Shown: positions 10,332 through 20,323 of the stretch, piece after piece
Layout: every line of letters begins with the position of its first letter
How positions within the stretch are numbered: position 1 is the first letter of the stretch
From: an uncultured Pseudomonadota bacterium
GTDB taxonomy: Bacteria; SAR324; JACQKK01
Assembly (NCBI GenBank): GCA_964583525.1
Contig: CAZOXD010000010.1
Span: 1 to 53,476 of the forward strand
Reading direction: 5' to 3'
Length of the DNA stretch: 53,476 nt
Notes under the pieces: model-generated
The model's database searches: none
Seen by the model: only the letters and a program-made list of their open reading frames with translations
What the model was told of the DNA's origin: nothing
Translations under genes and position numbers: made by a program

Positions 10332-10350
10332 TAGTAACATATTAGTAACA
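10332..10350. promoter_or_regulatory. Tandem 11-bp-period repeats (TAGTAACA x2), putative integrase arm-type sites
   Basis: TAGTAACA at 10332 and 10343, between int and att; an analogous pair lies at 31974-31994. Confidence 0.55.
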
Positions 10351-10466
10351 AAAATCAGAAACTCAATGATACAACATGAAACAGCATGAATCATTTTTCA
10401 TTTTATAATACAGTATAATAGAAATTGAATATTGTCTCAAGGGAATTCATGGAATGCCATAAAATA

Positions 10467-10513
10467 GCGATTCATAATCGCGAGGTCGGGAGTTCAAGTC
10501 TCCCTCCTGCTAC
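10467..10513 (+). repeat. att scar 1: 3' half of a tRNA(CAU), Met or Ile2
   Basis: GCGA-TTCATAA-TCGC anticodon arm, GAGGTC, T-arm GGGAG-TTCAAGT-CTCCC, then TCCTGCTAC; no D-arm or 5' acceptor strand upstream. Confidence 0.92.
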
Positions 10514-10558
10514 TAGATATTCATAAGTAATACCAATAGGTTGCAACCCCTTCCAAGC

Positions 10559-11113
10559 TCACGCCTGGGAGGGATTTTTTGTTGGTGGCAATGTGTTGCC
10601 AGGAATTTCGATCTCTTTCCAAAACAAACGCGGTTCGCGTTTGCGTTTTTTTGAAAACGAACTATTAGCTCGCAGTTTGGCCATCTCCCATTCAAACTTC
10701 CTTATAAAAGCTCCTGGACCACCCGGAAGGTCTCTGAGGAATCCAAGATCCTTGAGAACCAATCTAGAACTCCTCGAGATTTCAGCAGAGAGAAAACTAA
10801 AAGCTTTGACCAGAATTTTCGGATTCCGCTTCTGCAAAGCATTGACCGCGATTTGTTTTTCCACCTCCTGGCGATAAGTTTCCAATTCCCGGGTCGCAGA
10901 AACCGTTGCTGATTTACTCCTGCGCATATTCCGTTCAAGTTGGCGGAGCCTCTTCACCCACATGGAATCGCAACCATGTTTGAAGGAGTTTTTAGAGGAG
11001 GTTGCTTTTCCCTGAGCGGTTCTGGGCCCCGTCGAGGAATCCCAAGGTGTCCAGTGCTTAATCGCCCGACTCTGAGTCTCCCGCTGATGTTTCGTCCATT
11101 TCCGCGCCGCCAT
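10559..11113 (-). CDS. Mobile-element hypothetical protein with an STGPRT..GK..S..N..KHG motif (HGGxSTG-related)
   Basis: MAARKWTKHQRETQSRAIKHWTPWDSSTGPRTAQGKATSSKNSFKHG; RBS GAGGAG upstream. Confidence 0.6.
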   Translation of the reverse strand: MAARKWTKHQRETQSRAIKHWTPWDSSTGPRTAQGKATSSKNSFKHGCDSMWVKRLRQLERNMRRSKSATVSATRELETYRQEVEKQIAVNALQKRNPKILVKAFSFLSAEISRSSRLVLKDLGFLRDLPGGPGAFIRKFEWEMAKLRANSSFSKKRKREPRLFWKEIEIPGNTLPPTKNPSQA

Positions 11114-11663
11114 TTTCTTCCTCCTCGTTAGTTTGGTTGGCTGGATCGGGCTTCAGTCCTAAAACCCTAAGCTTATATTCATTCCTTACTAAGCCCCTAA
11201 ATTCCAATGAATAAGGCAAATCCATTTCGTTGATTTCCTTTTCCTGCTCGAGGAAAATAAGGTGGTCAACCATCTTTTTGAAGTTATGGAAGGTCTGAAA
11301 AACGTCCCCGTGGAGCTGGAGCCTTTGGTCCGAGTCCGCCTCCCTCTGAATTGATGAGTCAAGGGCTTTCCAAAGAGAAATCTTATCTCGCGGCTCAAGC
11401 GAATTGAAAAAGTTCAGATTGAGAACTTCTATTTCAATTTCGCCCTTTAAAGCAATCCTTTTGTCCAGCGCACCTGCTCGAATCTCCATGTTTTCAAGTT
11501 GCTTTAATTGAATTTCAAGAAATTTTTGAAGAATCGTCTTGCCCTTCCTCGCTAATTTCTCAACCTTGGTTTCAGGCTTTTTTGATCCAGCTTTTGGGAG
11601 GTGCTTGGGCCTACGATTTTTTCCAGTCCCTCGGGGTTCTTTGGGGGCTCGCTTAGAAGCCAT
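11058..11663 (-). CDS. Hypothetical protein (basic N-terminus, acidic tail)
   Basis: 201-aa ORF overlapping the start of the next gene; no family recognised. Confidence 0.45.
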   Translation of the reverse strand: MASKRAPKEPRGTGKNRRPKHLPKAGSKKPETKVEKLARKGKTILQKFLEIQLKQLENMEIRAGALDKRIALKGEIEIEVLNLNFFNSLEPRDKISLWKALDSSIQREADSDQRLQLHGDVFQTFHNFKKMVDHLIFLEQEKEINEMDLPYSLEFRGLVRNEYKLRVLGLKPDPANQTNEEEENGGAEMDETSAGDSESGD

Positions 11664-12354
11664 AACGATACCTTTCTAAAGTCAAAGTTTCGGAACGCAA
11701 GAATCATGGACCGCTTTTCAAAGGACTGGTGGACAAAATTGTCCGCCAATGCGGAGAAAAACGAACTCCTGCGGTTGGTGTAAGAGCAGGCGCTGGCAGC
11801 ATAACTGCCGCCAATTCCCTCCTACACCCCGAAAAATATTTGACTGGAAATTAGAAAGTTAGAATTCAGGCCATTTTTTGGAAATCTGACTGCCCAAAGT
11901 CATTGGGTAATTTTCCAAAACCCTGAAAACTATTTCGAGGTTGGCGACTGCGGAGCCGGTTAAGAGATAGAAATCACCTCGTTTATCAGCCCTTTTCATA
12001 TTTCACCGTATATAATTGAAATGTCAAGAAGCCAGCCATAGCAATTAATATCAATCACATCAGATATAAAAAGATAGAGAAAACCAATTCGTAGATTCGA
12101 TTGAGAAAAAAAGGTTAGTGGAAAAATCGTCGTTTCCAAATACTTCCACAACCATTCATTGTTGAACCTAAGGAAGAAATGTCATTCCAGAAAAAACAAA
12201 ATGGTGTGAGCAACTGAAGATTGCCTCATTCAATCGCAGTGTCTGAGGGATGGGATTCTTTGACGCTCATAACCAAAATCTTGAGGAATTCTCTGGTGAC
12301 ACCCAGGGTGCAGAAAGGCGATACGACAAGGAGGGATTTTCAGGCTACATTTAG

Positions 12355-12379
12355 TTATGTACAATATAAATGTACATAA
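12355..12379. promoter_or_regulatory. TA operator dyad TTATGTACA-N7-TGTACATAA
   Basis: Perfect 9-bp inverted repeat 18 bp upstream of the antitoxin ATG. Confidence 0.7.
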
Positions 12380-12396
12380 TTTGGAGAAAAAATTCT

Positions 12397-12636
12397 ATGC
12401 GTAAAATCAACTTGACAGAATTTAGGCAACACCTACCGGGCTATATAAAACAGGTGCAACAGGGTGAATTTATCCAAATCACCCTGCATGGCAGGGTTGT
12501 GGCGCGTTTGGTGCCAGAACAGGATGCGGTCGAGGAAGCAAAAAAGTCCCTTTCAGAATGGGCCAGGTCGGCAAAAATAGGAGATTTACTGAGTCCGATT
12601 GGCGAAACTTGGGAGGTTCAGCGTGATCATGTGTGA
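12397..12636 (+). CDS. Phd/YefM-family antitoxin
   Basis: MRKINLTEFRQHLPGYIKQVQQGEFIQITLHGRVVARLVP. Confidence 0.9.
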   Translation: MRKINLTEFRQHLPGYIKQVQQGEFIQITLHGRVVARLVPEQDAVEEAKKSLSEWARSAKIGDLLSPIGETWEVQRDHV

Positions 12637-13015
12637 CACCCACTCATTGGTGTTCGATGCACTTGCCCCAGATCGATTGGGTCCTGAGGCAGAGAAAGCG
12701 ATTGAGAATTCGCATCGGGCCGGGGACTTGGCATGTGCCGACATCTCCCTATGGGAAATTGCCATGCTAATTGAAAAGGGGCGGTTAGAGGTTGAGGCCT
12801 CTATTGAGGATTTCCTGACTGCAATGATAGCCGCCCGCCGCCTAAATGTCCTTCCCATCACACCTGCCATAGCAGCGCTTTCGGTATCCGGCAGTGTACC
12901 AGATGGCGACCCGGCCGATCGTCTGATCGCAGCCACGGCTATTTCGCAAGGAGCAACTCTTATCACCAAGGACGAGCGATTGACCGGGCTTCCAGATTTG
13001 CCAACCATTTGGTGA
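12623..13015 (+). CDS. vapC: PIN-domain VapC-family toxin
   Basis: GTG start after GGGAGG; CDTHSLV, ISLWEIAML and DPADRLIAATA motifs; overlaps the antitoxin gene. Confidence 0.9.
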   Translation: MIMCDTHSLVFDALAPDRLGPEAEKAIENSHRAGDLACADISLWEIAMLIEKGRLEVEASIEDFLTAMIAARRLNVLPITPAIAALSVSGSVPDGDPADRLIAATAISQGATLITKDERLTGLPDLPTIW

Positions 13016-13187
13016 TGCTGCAGTCAGGGAAAATTCCGCAGCCCCTCCAAAGATTGTCAGTCGATATCCAATTGGCTTAGCCCCACGACACTCAATCGTG
13101 CGGTCGGGAATATGGGACTTCTTCCGAACACTACGGAGATTCGGAATCGCTCTTCAGAAGGATATCATCACCAATATGATAGCGACT

Positions 13188-14297
13188 TTATTTGGCGATT
13201 TCTGCCATTGAATAGCTGGTGCTACGCCCGCCGGATGCGTCCTTAACCAATATCCCGCGTTTGATAAGGTTATCAATATCGCGGGAGGCAGTATCTTGGG
13301 AGCATTTCCCTAGCTTCGCCCATTTCGAGGATGTAAGTTTTCCATCGAATCCATCCAGCACCCGGTTGAGGAGTATTCTTTGCCTGTCATTGAATGATTC
13401 ACCACCATGGAGTTCCCAAAAGCGTGCCTTCCTAAGTACGTCCGCCAGAATCGTGTCCGCACCATCGAAGGCGCGATCCAAACAGCCCAGGAACCATTCG
13501 AGCCATCCCGTGATCTCCAGATCTCCTTTCTGGGTTGCTTCCAGAATGTCGTAATAAGCAGTTCGTTCTACTCGAATTTGTGCGGACATGCTGTAAAACC
13601 GTTGCGGGCTTTCCTCCGACCGTGAAAGCGCCATATCGGCAATGGCTCGCGCGATACGACCATTGCCATCATCGAAGGGATGGATTGTGACGAACCACAA
13701 GTGGGCAATCCCGGCCTTTATTACACCATCAATAGGATTATCTCTGTTGAACCACTCGAGAAATTCGCCCATTCCGCGATCCAACTTACTGGCTACTGGC
13801 GCTTGGTAATGGACTCTTTCTTTTCCGATGGGGCCGGAAACCACCTGCATCGGTCCTGCACGGTCGTCTCGCCACTCTCCCACACGGATTTTCGACATAC
13901 CGCTTCGTCCAGTCGGAAACAAAGCAGCGTGCCAGTTACATAACCGGTCATTGGATAGAGGTGCATCAAACTTCTGTGTTGCATCAAGCATCATTTCAAC
14001 CACGCCTTCCACATTGCGGTCAGCTTGTGAAAGCCCCCCAACATCTATGCCCAGACGTCTAGCGATTGACGAACGTACCTGTTCCCGGTCCAGGATTTCG
14101 CCCTCTATCTCACTGGATTTGAGCACATCTTCGGTGATAGTACTGAGTGTGGCTTCCGCACGAAGGCCAAAACCCAATCCTTCCATTCGTCCGATCAACC
14201 GCCCTTGGCGATGGCGTAGAGAGGCAAGTTGATCTGCGAGGCGTTCCTGTCCCCAGCGGAATTTCGGCCAATCCTCTAATTCATATATATATGTCAT
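13188..14297 (-). CDS. fic: Fic family protein (DUF4172 N-terminus, C-terminal HTH)
   Basis: Start MTYIYELEDWPKFRW; Fic motif HPFDDGNGRIAR. Confidence 0.92.
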   Translation of the reverse strand: MTYIYELEDWPKFRWGQERLADQLASLRHRQGRLIGRMEGLGFGLRAEATLSTITEDVLKSSEIEGEILDREQVRSSIARRLGIDVGGLSQADRNVEGVVEMMLDATQKFDAPLSNDRLCNWHAALFPTGRSGMSKIRVGEWRDDRAGPMQVVSGPIGKERVHYQAPVASKLDRGMGEFLEWFNRDNPIDGVIKAGIAHLWFVTIHPFDDGNGRIARAIADMALSRSEESPQRFYSMSAQIRVERTAYYDILEATQKGDLEITGWLEWFLGCLDRAFDGADTILADVLRKARFWELHGGESFNDRQRILLNRVLDGFDGKLTSSKWAKLGKCSQDTASRDIDNLIKRGILVKDASGGRSTSYSMAEIAK

Positions 14298-14301
14298 CGC
14301 A

Positions 14302-14386
14302 ATAATCTCCGCATAACTTACGGAGATTATGGCAGCTATTCTCCGCAAGAGCAAGAATAAAATCCGCATTTTCTGCGGAGAAAATA
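14302..14386. promoter_or_regulatory. Array of TCCGCA/TGCGGA dyads upstream of fic
   Basis: Perfect IR ATAATCTCCG-N9-CGGAGATTAT (14302-14330), plus further TCTCCGCA, ATCCGCA and TGCGGAGA half-sites. Confidence 0.55.
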
Positions 14387-14720
14387 GGCCATATTGTCCG
14401 CAATTTGGTCTTCGCGCCAGAAATGAGACAACTATTAATGGAAAATACGTCTGAAACTGAGTCCAGAGCCTGTGACATTCAATCGAGCGGATTGGGGTCT
14501 GGGTTTCGCCCCATAGCATTGTAATTAAGGGGTAATCCTGGGGCGACGGGCTGGGCCGATATCGGAAAACGGACGAAGATGATTAAACGGTAAAATGAGT
14601 CCGACGAAAGCGTCGACAGATCGGAGATGAAAATTACCTCAGGTTTTCATCAAAATTTACCGCTGTAGGTAGTGGTCGGGATCGGAAGTATTTTGAAGGG
14701 GTTTATTCGTGTGATTTTTT

Positions 14721-15074
14721 TTATTTGCGGTCCTGTTCTTCCTCCATAAGGCCCCGCACCTCAACCAAAAGAATGGGGACTTCGGTGGTAACTGCCTGCC
14801 ACACGCGTTGGTCGACTACCGCATCGTATCCATGGGCCAATACATTTCGGAAACTAATGATCTGCGCCATCTCTGATATCCGCGCGCTTACATCCGGGTG
14901 CGAGCTGGAAAGTCGACGCAGAGCCTCTCCAATGATCTCGAACTCTTGTTCGACAGCACGACGAATCGGCTTGTTTTCCAGATAGTCGGCTTCGGGAAAC
15001 CCATGCGTTTACTCCTAGATGGAGGACGCAGCTACGCGGATATCCTCCAACACCTTGAGTACACTACGCCGCAT
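14721..15074 (-). pseudogene. hepT: HepT/DUF86 HEPN toxin with two in-frame stops
   Basis: MRRSVLKVLEDIRVAASSI*E*THGF...AVEQEFEIIGEAL...IISFRNVLAHGYDAV; TAG at 15015-15017 and TAA at 15009-15011. Absent from the ORF track. Confidence 0.88.
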
Positions 15075-15372
15075 AGATCGGCACCTGCGTTTCGTCTATC
15101 TCTTCTTGGAAGTAAGGATTACGAACCGCCGCTCGCTCCACCAAGTCTACATCCCGCCCGAAAAGTTTTTCTAGGCCCTCCTTGAAACCAAAGTACGCAT
15201 CCATCGTCATAGCCTCCTGAACCGGCAGGTATTCAACCACGAAATCCAGGTCGCCATGACCCGCGTCGAAACGCCCGCTAGCAGCGGATCCAAACAAGTC
15301 CAACTTGGCCACATGGTACCGAAGGCAAAGTTCGTGAAGCTGTGGCATCCGCTCTTGGATAATCTGGTGCAT
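15064..15372 (-). CDS. mntA: Minimal nucleotidyltransferase (MNT/MntA) antitoxin
   Basis: LFGSAASGRFDAGHGDLDFVV (GS-x10-DxD) and LFGRDVDLV; overlaps the HepT start. Confidence 0.9.
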   Translation of the reverse strand: MHQIIQERMPQLHELCLRYHVAKLDLFGSAASGRFDAGHGDLDFVVEYLPVQEAMTMDAYFGFKEGLEKLFGRDVDLVERAAVRNPYFQEEIDETQVPIYAA

Positions 15373-15866
15373 CAGGTATTCTCCGAATCTCCATGAGCAA
15401 TGGGGCAGGAGATGTGGTTGGCTGCAATAACCCGTTCAAACAAAGTTGGAATTACACGCTGCCTGCGGCCAGCCTCTCAGCATACCGGTCATAATCGTAC
15501 CACACCAAAATCATTCACGTTGCGACCATCTACATCCATTACTCCCTCAGAAAAAGGCCGGAAGTGGGTAAGCGTTATTTCACCGAACAGGTGGTTAAAA
15601 AAAAATTCTCACCCGAGAACTCTTAATTTAGGTTGTTGATTTAATACTGCATTCAATCGCGTGGCATGAGGAATCGGATCCCCTCATGAGGCCTGAGGGA
15701 AGCGGGCTAGCGCAGACCAATACCCTTTAGAGAAATCCTGTTGCCAGTGGGGATGGGTGGGCTTGGCAGGGAATTTTCAGAGTATGAATCAGAGAGGGAA
15801 ATTCTTTTCCAGGCACTTTACAACTTCACGCTTTTTCGAGCCGGGGTCTGTCAGGTAAAGCTCTGT

Positions 15867-15907
15867 TGACCTGCCCCCAGTTATTTTACCACCTCGTATG
15901 TTAGTCC
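15867..15907. mobile_element. Isolated IS3-family terminal inverted repeat remnant
   Basis: TGACCTGCCCCCAGTTATTTTACCACCTCGTATGTTAGTCC; a similar end lies at 32231. Confidence 0.5.
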
Positions 15908-15929
15908 CGAAGAATCGATGACCTGATCC

Positions 15930-16991
15930 TCAGCGACGCTGGCTCCTGATCTTGGTTCGCGTCCGCCGGTAATCCATTAGGATCGCGCTGACGTTCATGG
16001 TCGGGGGAGCCATGACACGCAGATTGGGTGCACTGACCAGGCCGAGTGTTTCATCGCCTAGCCTCCCGAAGATTCTCATGGTCAGCACCGCGTCTTGCGG
16101 CGCCTCGGCAATGGCGGCACGCACCTTCCCGAGCAACTCATTCTGGCCGTCCCCCTCCGCGTACAGGGATTTCAACACCATCGGCCGGGTGGGCAGTCCG
16201 CGAAATTCCCAACACACCACCCTCCCCCCCGCAGGCCCGTCTCCGGCCAGTTCGAGCATCAGGTAGCCCTTAGGTTCGCCTATTTCGGCAGAGGAAGTAC
16301 GCTCCACCGATCCAGGATAAAATACCGGCGCTGGGAGGGTGCGGCCGTCCAGCCCATGCTCCAGCACCTGCCAGCGGTGGATATGCCCCGAGAGTAGCGC
16401 GGCGAGGCCCGGGGGCAGATCGGCCGCCCGAACCACGTCATCCGCGTGACGGAACACGTAATCGGCGGGCCCCACCGTCGCGCCCTCGAAGCATTGGTGC
16501 ATGCACAACAGCCGGATATCGGCGTCCCGCGCGAACAGGTTGGATTGCGCGATCAAATCCCTGAAGTGGCGCCGCACGCCCCCGTAAAAATAAGGGAACC
16601 CGGCGAAGGCCACCAGCACCCCGTTCGCCTCGGCGGTGAAGGTGCCGGGCTCGTCGAAAATATGGATCAGCGGGTGGACAGCCAGCAGCCGTGCGGGAAT
16701 GCGACCACGCTCGTGATTGCCGGGCACGAGCAACACGGGCACCCCCGTGTCCGCCACGCGCTTCAAGGGATCGAAAGCCATGGCGACCAAATCTGCCGGG
16801 ACCCGGCTCCGGTAGAGTAAGTCCCCGCCGTGCACAACAAAATCCACCTCGCCCTCAAGCGCTGGCTGCAGTGCCCTTTCGAAATTAGCGAAGAAATCGG
16901 GGCCCCGCCGGCGACGTGCGATGCGCGGCCGGAAGGGCAGATCGAATCCAAGGTGGGTATCGGCCAGCAGGAGAATTCGAACTACACCCAT
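15930..16991 (-). CDS. SbcD/Mre11-like metallophosphoesterase (DNA exonuclease)
   Basis: ADTHLG, HGGDL, GNHE, MHQ and GHIH motifs. Confidence 0.88.
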   Translation of the reverse strand: MGVVRILLLADTHLGFDLPFRPRIARRRRGPDFFANFERALQPALEGEVDFVVHGGDLLYRSRVPADLVAMAFDPLKRVADTGVPVLLVPGNHERGRIPARLLAVHPLIHIFDEPGTFTAEANGVLVAFAGFPYFYGGVRRHFRDLIAQSNLFARDADIRLLCMHQCFEGATVGPADYVFRHADDVVRAADLPPGLAALLSGHIHRWQVLEHGLDGRTLPAPVFYPGSVERTSSAEIGEPKGYLMLELAGDGPAGGRVVCWEFRGLPTRPMVLKSLYAEGDGQNELLGKVRAAIAEAPQDAVLTMRIFGRLGDETLGLVSAPNLRVMAPPTMNVSAILMDYRRTRTKIRSQRR

Positions 16992-17329
16992 CGCAGCATC
17001 CCGGCCAGGGTTTCGCGCGTCCAGATACGGCCGAGCCCCAACCGCACCTCTACCCGCTCACTCTCCTCGACGAGCCGTTTCAATTCCGTGGTCAGCACCC
17101 GCATCCGGTCGTAGGTCGCCCGGTCGAAGTACCTCTGCCGCTCCAGCAGAGGAATCGTGCGCCCCGCCGGTTTCTTCTGGCCGCCATTTTTAAATGCACT
17201 GGAACCCTCCTCGTCAGGCCGCCCGCCGCGGAAGGCGAGAATGCGCGCCGGAGCCTCTGGCCCGCCGGGCTCCTGCCAGATCAGGGTGGATTCGCTCAGC
17301 AGGCAAAACCATTCGTGCCCGGCTTTGTC
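16982..17329 (-). pseudogene. 5'-truncated gene fragment coupled to the metallophosphoesterase
   Basis: Open frame DKAGHEWFCLLSESTLIWQEPG...RYFDRATYDRMRVLTTELKRL...MLRWV* with no start codon at its 5' end; its stop overlaps the downstream ATG region. Confidence 0.45.
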
Positions 17330-17599
17330 CTAACCAAATCAGGAAGTACCTCACTTGGTCACAGCTTCTTAGTAATAACGGTTGTCCAACAAAGTCTGTT
17401 TTCTTAATGTCCCAAGAACACGAAGACAGAGGAGATCACAAAGGGTTGGTGGAGGTAAAAAGAGAGGATGGTTTTGGAGGTGTTCTTCTTTGGGAGGACG
17501 TATTTCGGATTGCGGATGCCCCCTTACAAGAGATGCTTGGCCCACACATCCATGGGAAATAATTTTAAATACACACGGTTGCATTGATAGCGTTTACCC

Positions 17600-19346
17600 A
17601 TGCCCCCATCCCTCCACCCCATCCCCCCTCCCTGACACCATCCGCCGCGACCCGCGCTTCCTGGCGGAGGTGCGGGTGTACGACGCCCTGGCGGCCTCCC
17701 TGCCGGAGGACTACGCGGGCTATCACGGGGTGGCATGGCTGGCCAAGAAGTCAGGCGCCAATGCCTGGGACGGGGAAGCCGACTTCGTGATCGCCCACCC
17801 GGAGCGGGGGGTGCTGGTGCTGGAGGTGAAAGGAGGCGAGGAAATCCGCTACGAGGCCGATCCGGGCAAGTGGTACAGCCGCAACGTCCAGGGGGAATTC
17901 CACACCATCAAGGATCCCTTCGAACAGGCCCGCAAAAGCAAGTACGCCCTGCTGCACAAGCTGAAGGACCTCCCCGCCCTGAAGGGGCGGCGGCTGCCCA
18001 TGGCCCACGCGGTCTGCTTCCCCGGGGTGCTGAAGGAGCACGTGCCGCTACGGCCCGACGCCCCGCCGGAGATCGTGCTGGACCGGGCGGACCTGGACGA
18101 TCCCGCGCCCCGCATTGAAGCCATCTTCGACTTCTGGCAGGGCCAGGAGGGTACGGGAATAAGCACCACCGAGCCCCTGGGCCCCTCCGGCATGGATGCC
18201 GTGCGGCGCCTGTTGGCCCGCTCCTTCGAATTGCGCACCCCGCTGGGACGCGAAATCGCGGAGGAGGAGCGGGAAATCCTCAGGCTATCGCAAGGACAGT
18301 TTTCCCTGCTGGACTTTCTGGCGCGCCACCGCCGGGCGGCCATCCATGGCGGGGCCGGCACCGGCAAGACCTTGCTGGCGCTGGAGAAGGCCAGGCGCCT
18401 CGCCGCCGAGGGGTTCCGCACCCTGCTCACCTGCTACAACGTTCCGCTCGAGGCGCATCTCAGGGCCAGTAGCAGGATTAGCGAGAACCTGACCATTCAG
18501 CGCTTCCACACCCTCTGCGAGGAAGCCGCCCGTGCCCGCGGGGTGCCGGTGGATTCCAGGCCGCCGGATCATCCCGACGATGCCCATTGGAAAGAGGTAT
18601 TGCCCAAAGCGCTGCTGGATGCGCTGGATGCGGGCTTCGAGAAATTCGACGCCATCGTGGTGGACGAGGGCCAGGACATTGCCGAGGACTGGTGGACGAA
18701 TCTGCGGCTCTGTCTCAACGACCCGGATCAGGGCATTCTCTATGCCTTCCTGGACCCCGGGCAATTGATCTATGGCCACGGCGGGGACTTCCTGGACGAC
18801 CTGCCGGTCTTCGAGTTGAACGCCAACCTGCGCAATACGCGCCAGATCCATTACCTAGCTCAGCACTTCTCACCCGGCCACAACCTGATTCCCCAGGGCC
18901 CGGAGGGACGTCCCCCCGAGATCATCTCCCTGCCGGAGACCGCCGACCTCCAGCGCGAATTGGGAAAAGTGCTGCATCGCCTGATCCGCGAGGGACAGAT
19001 TCCCGCGGAGGACATCGCGATCCTGCTGGGCCGCCGTCCGGAATCCGTCGGGCTGCCCAGGACGGGGAGCATCGGCGCCTTCGCCATTACCAATGCCCTG
19101 GAACCTTCGCCCGGCAAGGTCATCCTGGAGACCATCCATCGCTTCAAGGGCATGGAAGCCCCGGCGGTCATTCTCACCGGGTTGGAGGGCATGCACTCCG
19201 CCACGGCGGAGACGTTGCTCTACGTGGGCATCACCCGCGCCAAGGGGCACTTGGTGGTGATGGAGAAGGCGGAGGTATTGGAAAAATGGGGGTTGGGGCC
19301 CAAAAGTAAGGAGTCAAAACCGGATGGGACGTTGGGTCCGTCCTGA
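17600..19346 (+). CDS. NERD nuclease fused to an SF1 (UvrD-like) helicase; N-terminus probably frameshifted in a C-rich tract
   Basis: DGEADFVIAHPERGVLVLEVKGG (NERD), GGAGTGKT, IVVDEGQD, NLRNT, TIHRFKGME and LLYVGITRAK. Confidence 0.88.
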
Positions 19347-19387
19347 TTCGTGGATCGCTTGAAACCTATCAGCGAGGAGAGGGGATC

Positions 19388-19891
19388 ATGTCAAGGGAAT
19401 TATCGATCCAATGGGCACTGAGCGTTATGGCCAATTCACGGCAGTGGGCAATTCTAGACACGGAGACCACGGGCTTCGCGGGTGACGACGAGGTGATCCA
19501 AATCGGGATTCTGGGGGTGGAAGGTGAAACTCTGCTCGAATCGCTGGTCAAACCGGTGAAGGGTTGGATTCATCCACAGGCCTCCAAAGTTAATGGAATC
19601 ACCATGGAAATGTTGGCGGATGCTCCCCTATTTCGGGAAATCCATGGAAATTTCTCCGGAGTGCTACGAGGAAGGCGTGTAATCGCCTATAACGCTCTCT
19701 TCGACCGGAGGTTGATCGCCCAGAGTGAAAGGGCAAACGGCCTCGAACCCCTGAGCCTGGAGTGGGAATGTGCCATGCAGCAGTTCACCCGGTTCAGCGG
19801 AAGCCAGACCCGGTTGCAGGGTGGGGATCACAGCGCGATTGGGGACTGCCAGGCCACCCTCGAGGTCATCAAGGTCATGGCAATGGGGTGA
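19388..19891 (+). CDS. DEDDh (DnaQ-like) 3'-5' exonuclease
   Basis: ILDTETTG, AYNALFD and HSAIGDC motifs. Confidence 0.88.
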   Translation: MSRELSIQWALSVMANSRQWAILDTETTGFAGDDEVIQIGILGVEGETLLESLVKPVKGWIHPQASKVNGITMEMLADAPLFREIHGNFSGVLRGRRVIAYNALFDRRLIAQSERANGLEPLSLEWECAMQQFTRFSGSQTRLQGGDHSAIGDCQATLEVIKVMAMG

Positions 19892-20035
19892 ATTTTAAAA
19901 TTGGTATCCGCCGTTGCCCATGTGCCAATCCCACCCTTCCATGATCGTCAATTCCGGTCGCGTGGTCTCAAGGTTATCGGCTCATCTCTTTGTAATCACA
20001 GCCATTAATTCTGCTGATACTCATACGCTTCCCCC

Positions 20036-20077
20036 TTCATAATCGCGAGGTCGGGAGTTCAAGTCTCCCTCATGCTA
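20036..20077 (+). repeat. att scar 2: 3' part of a tRNA(CAU), starting exactly at the anticodon loop
   Basis: TTCATAATCGCGAGGTCGGGAGTTCAAGTCTCCCTCATGCTA; one mismatch to copies 1 and 3. Confidence 0.9.
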
Positions 20078-20118
20078 TTTGATATGAAAAGGCTTTTCGG
20101 TATTTCCGGGAAGCTACC

Positions 20119-20270
20119 TTCTCATAAGTTATTATGACACAAAAACAGGCGGATTTGAAGGCGATTCGAGGGGTTTTGCAAAGCTGCGATCAAAGCAAAA
20201 AAGACCGGGAAACCCCTTTTGGATCGACCTGTACTTTCATCAACAGGGCGTCGACACCACCACGCCCGGC
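20119..20270 (+). mobile_element. res-like dyad plus internal serine-resolvase fragment (miniature remnant, copy A)
   Basis: TCATAA-GTTA-TTATGA dyad, then (G)IDLYFHQQGVDTTTP; a homologous block lies at 47362-47505. Confidence 0.65.
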
Positions 20271-20323
20271 TGCGGCGGTGGGCACCCGCTCGGGAATCTC
20301 GTCTCGCGCTGAATTGGCCGCGC

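Noticed and set aside
15009-15017. TAG in hepT as pyrrolysine or programmed readthrough
   Set aside because: A TAA follows two codons later and the position is not catalytic; simple pseudogenisation fits better.
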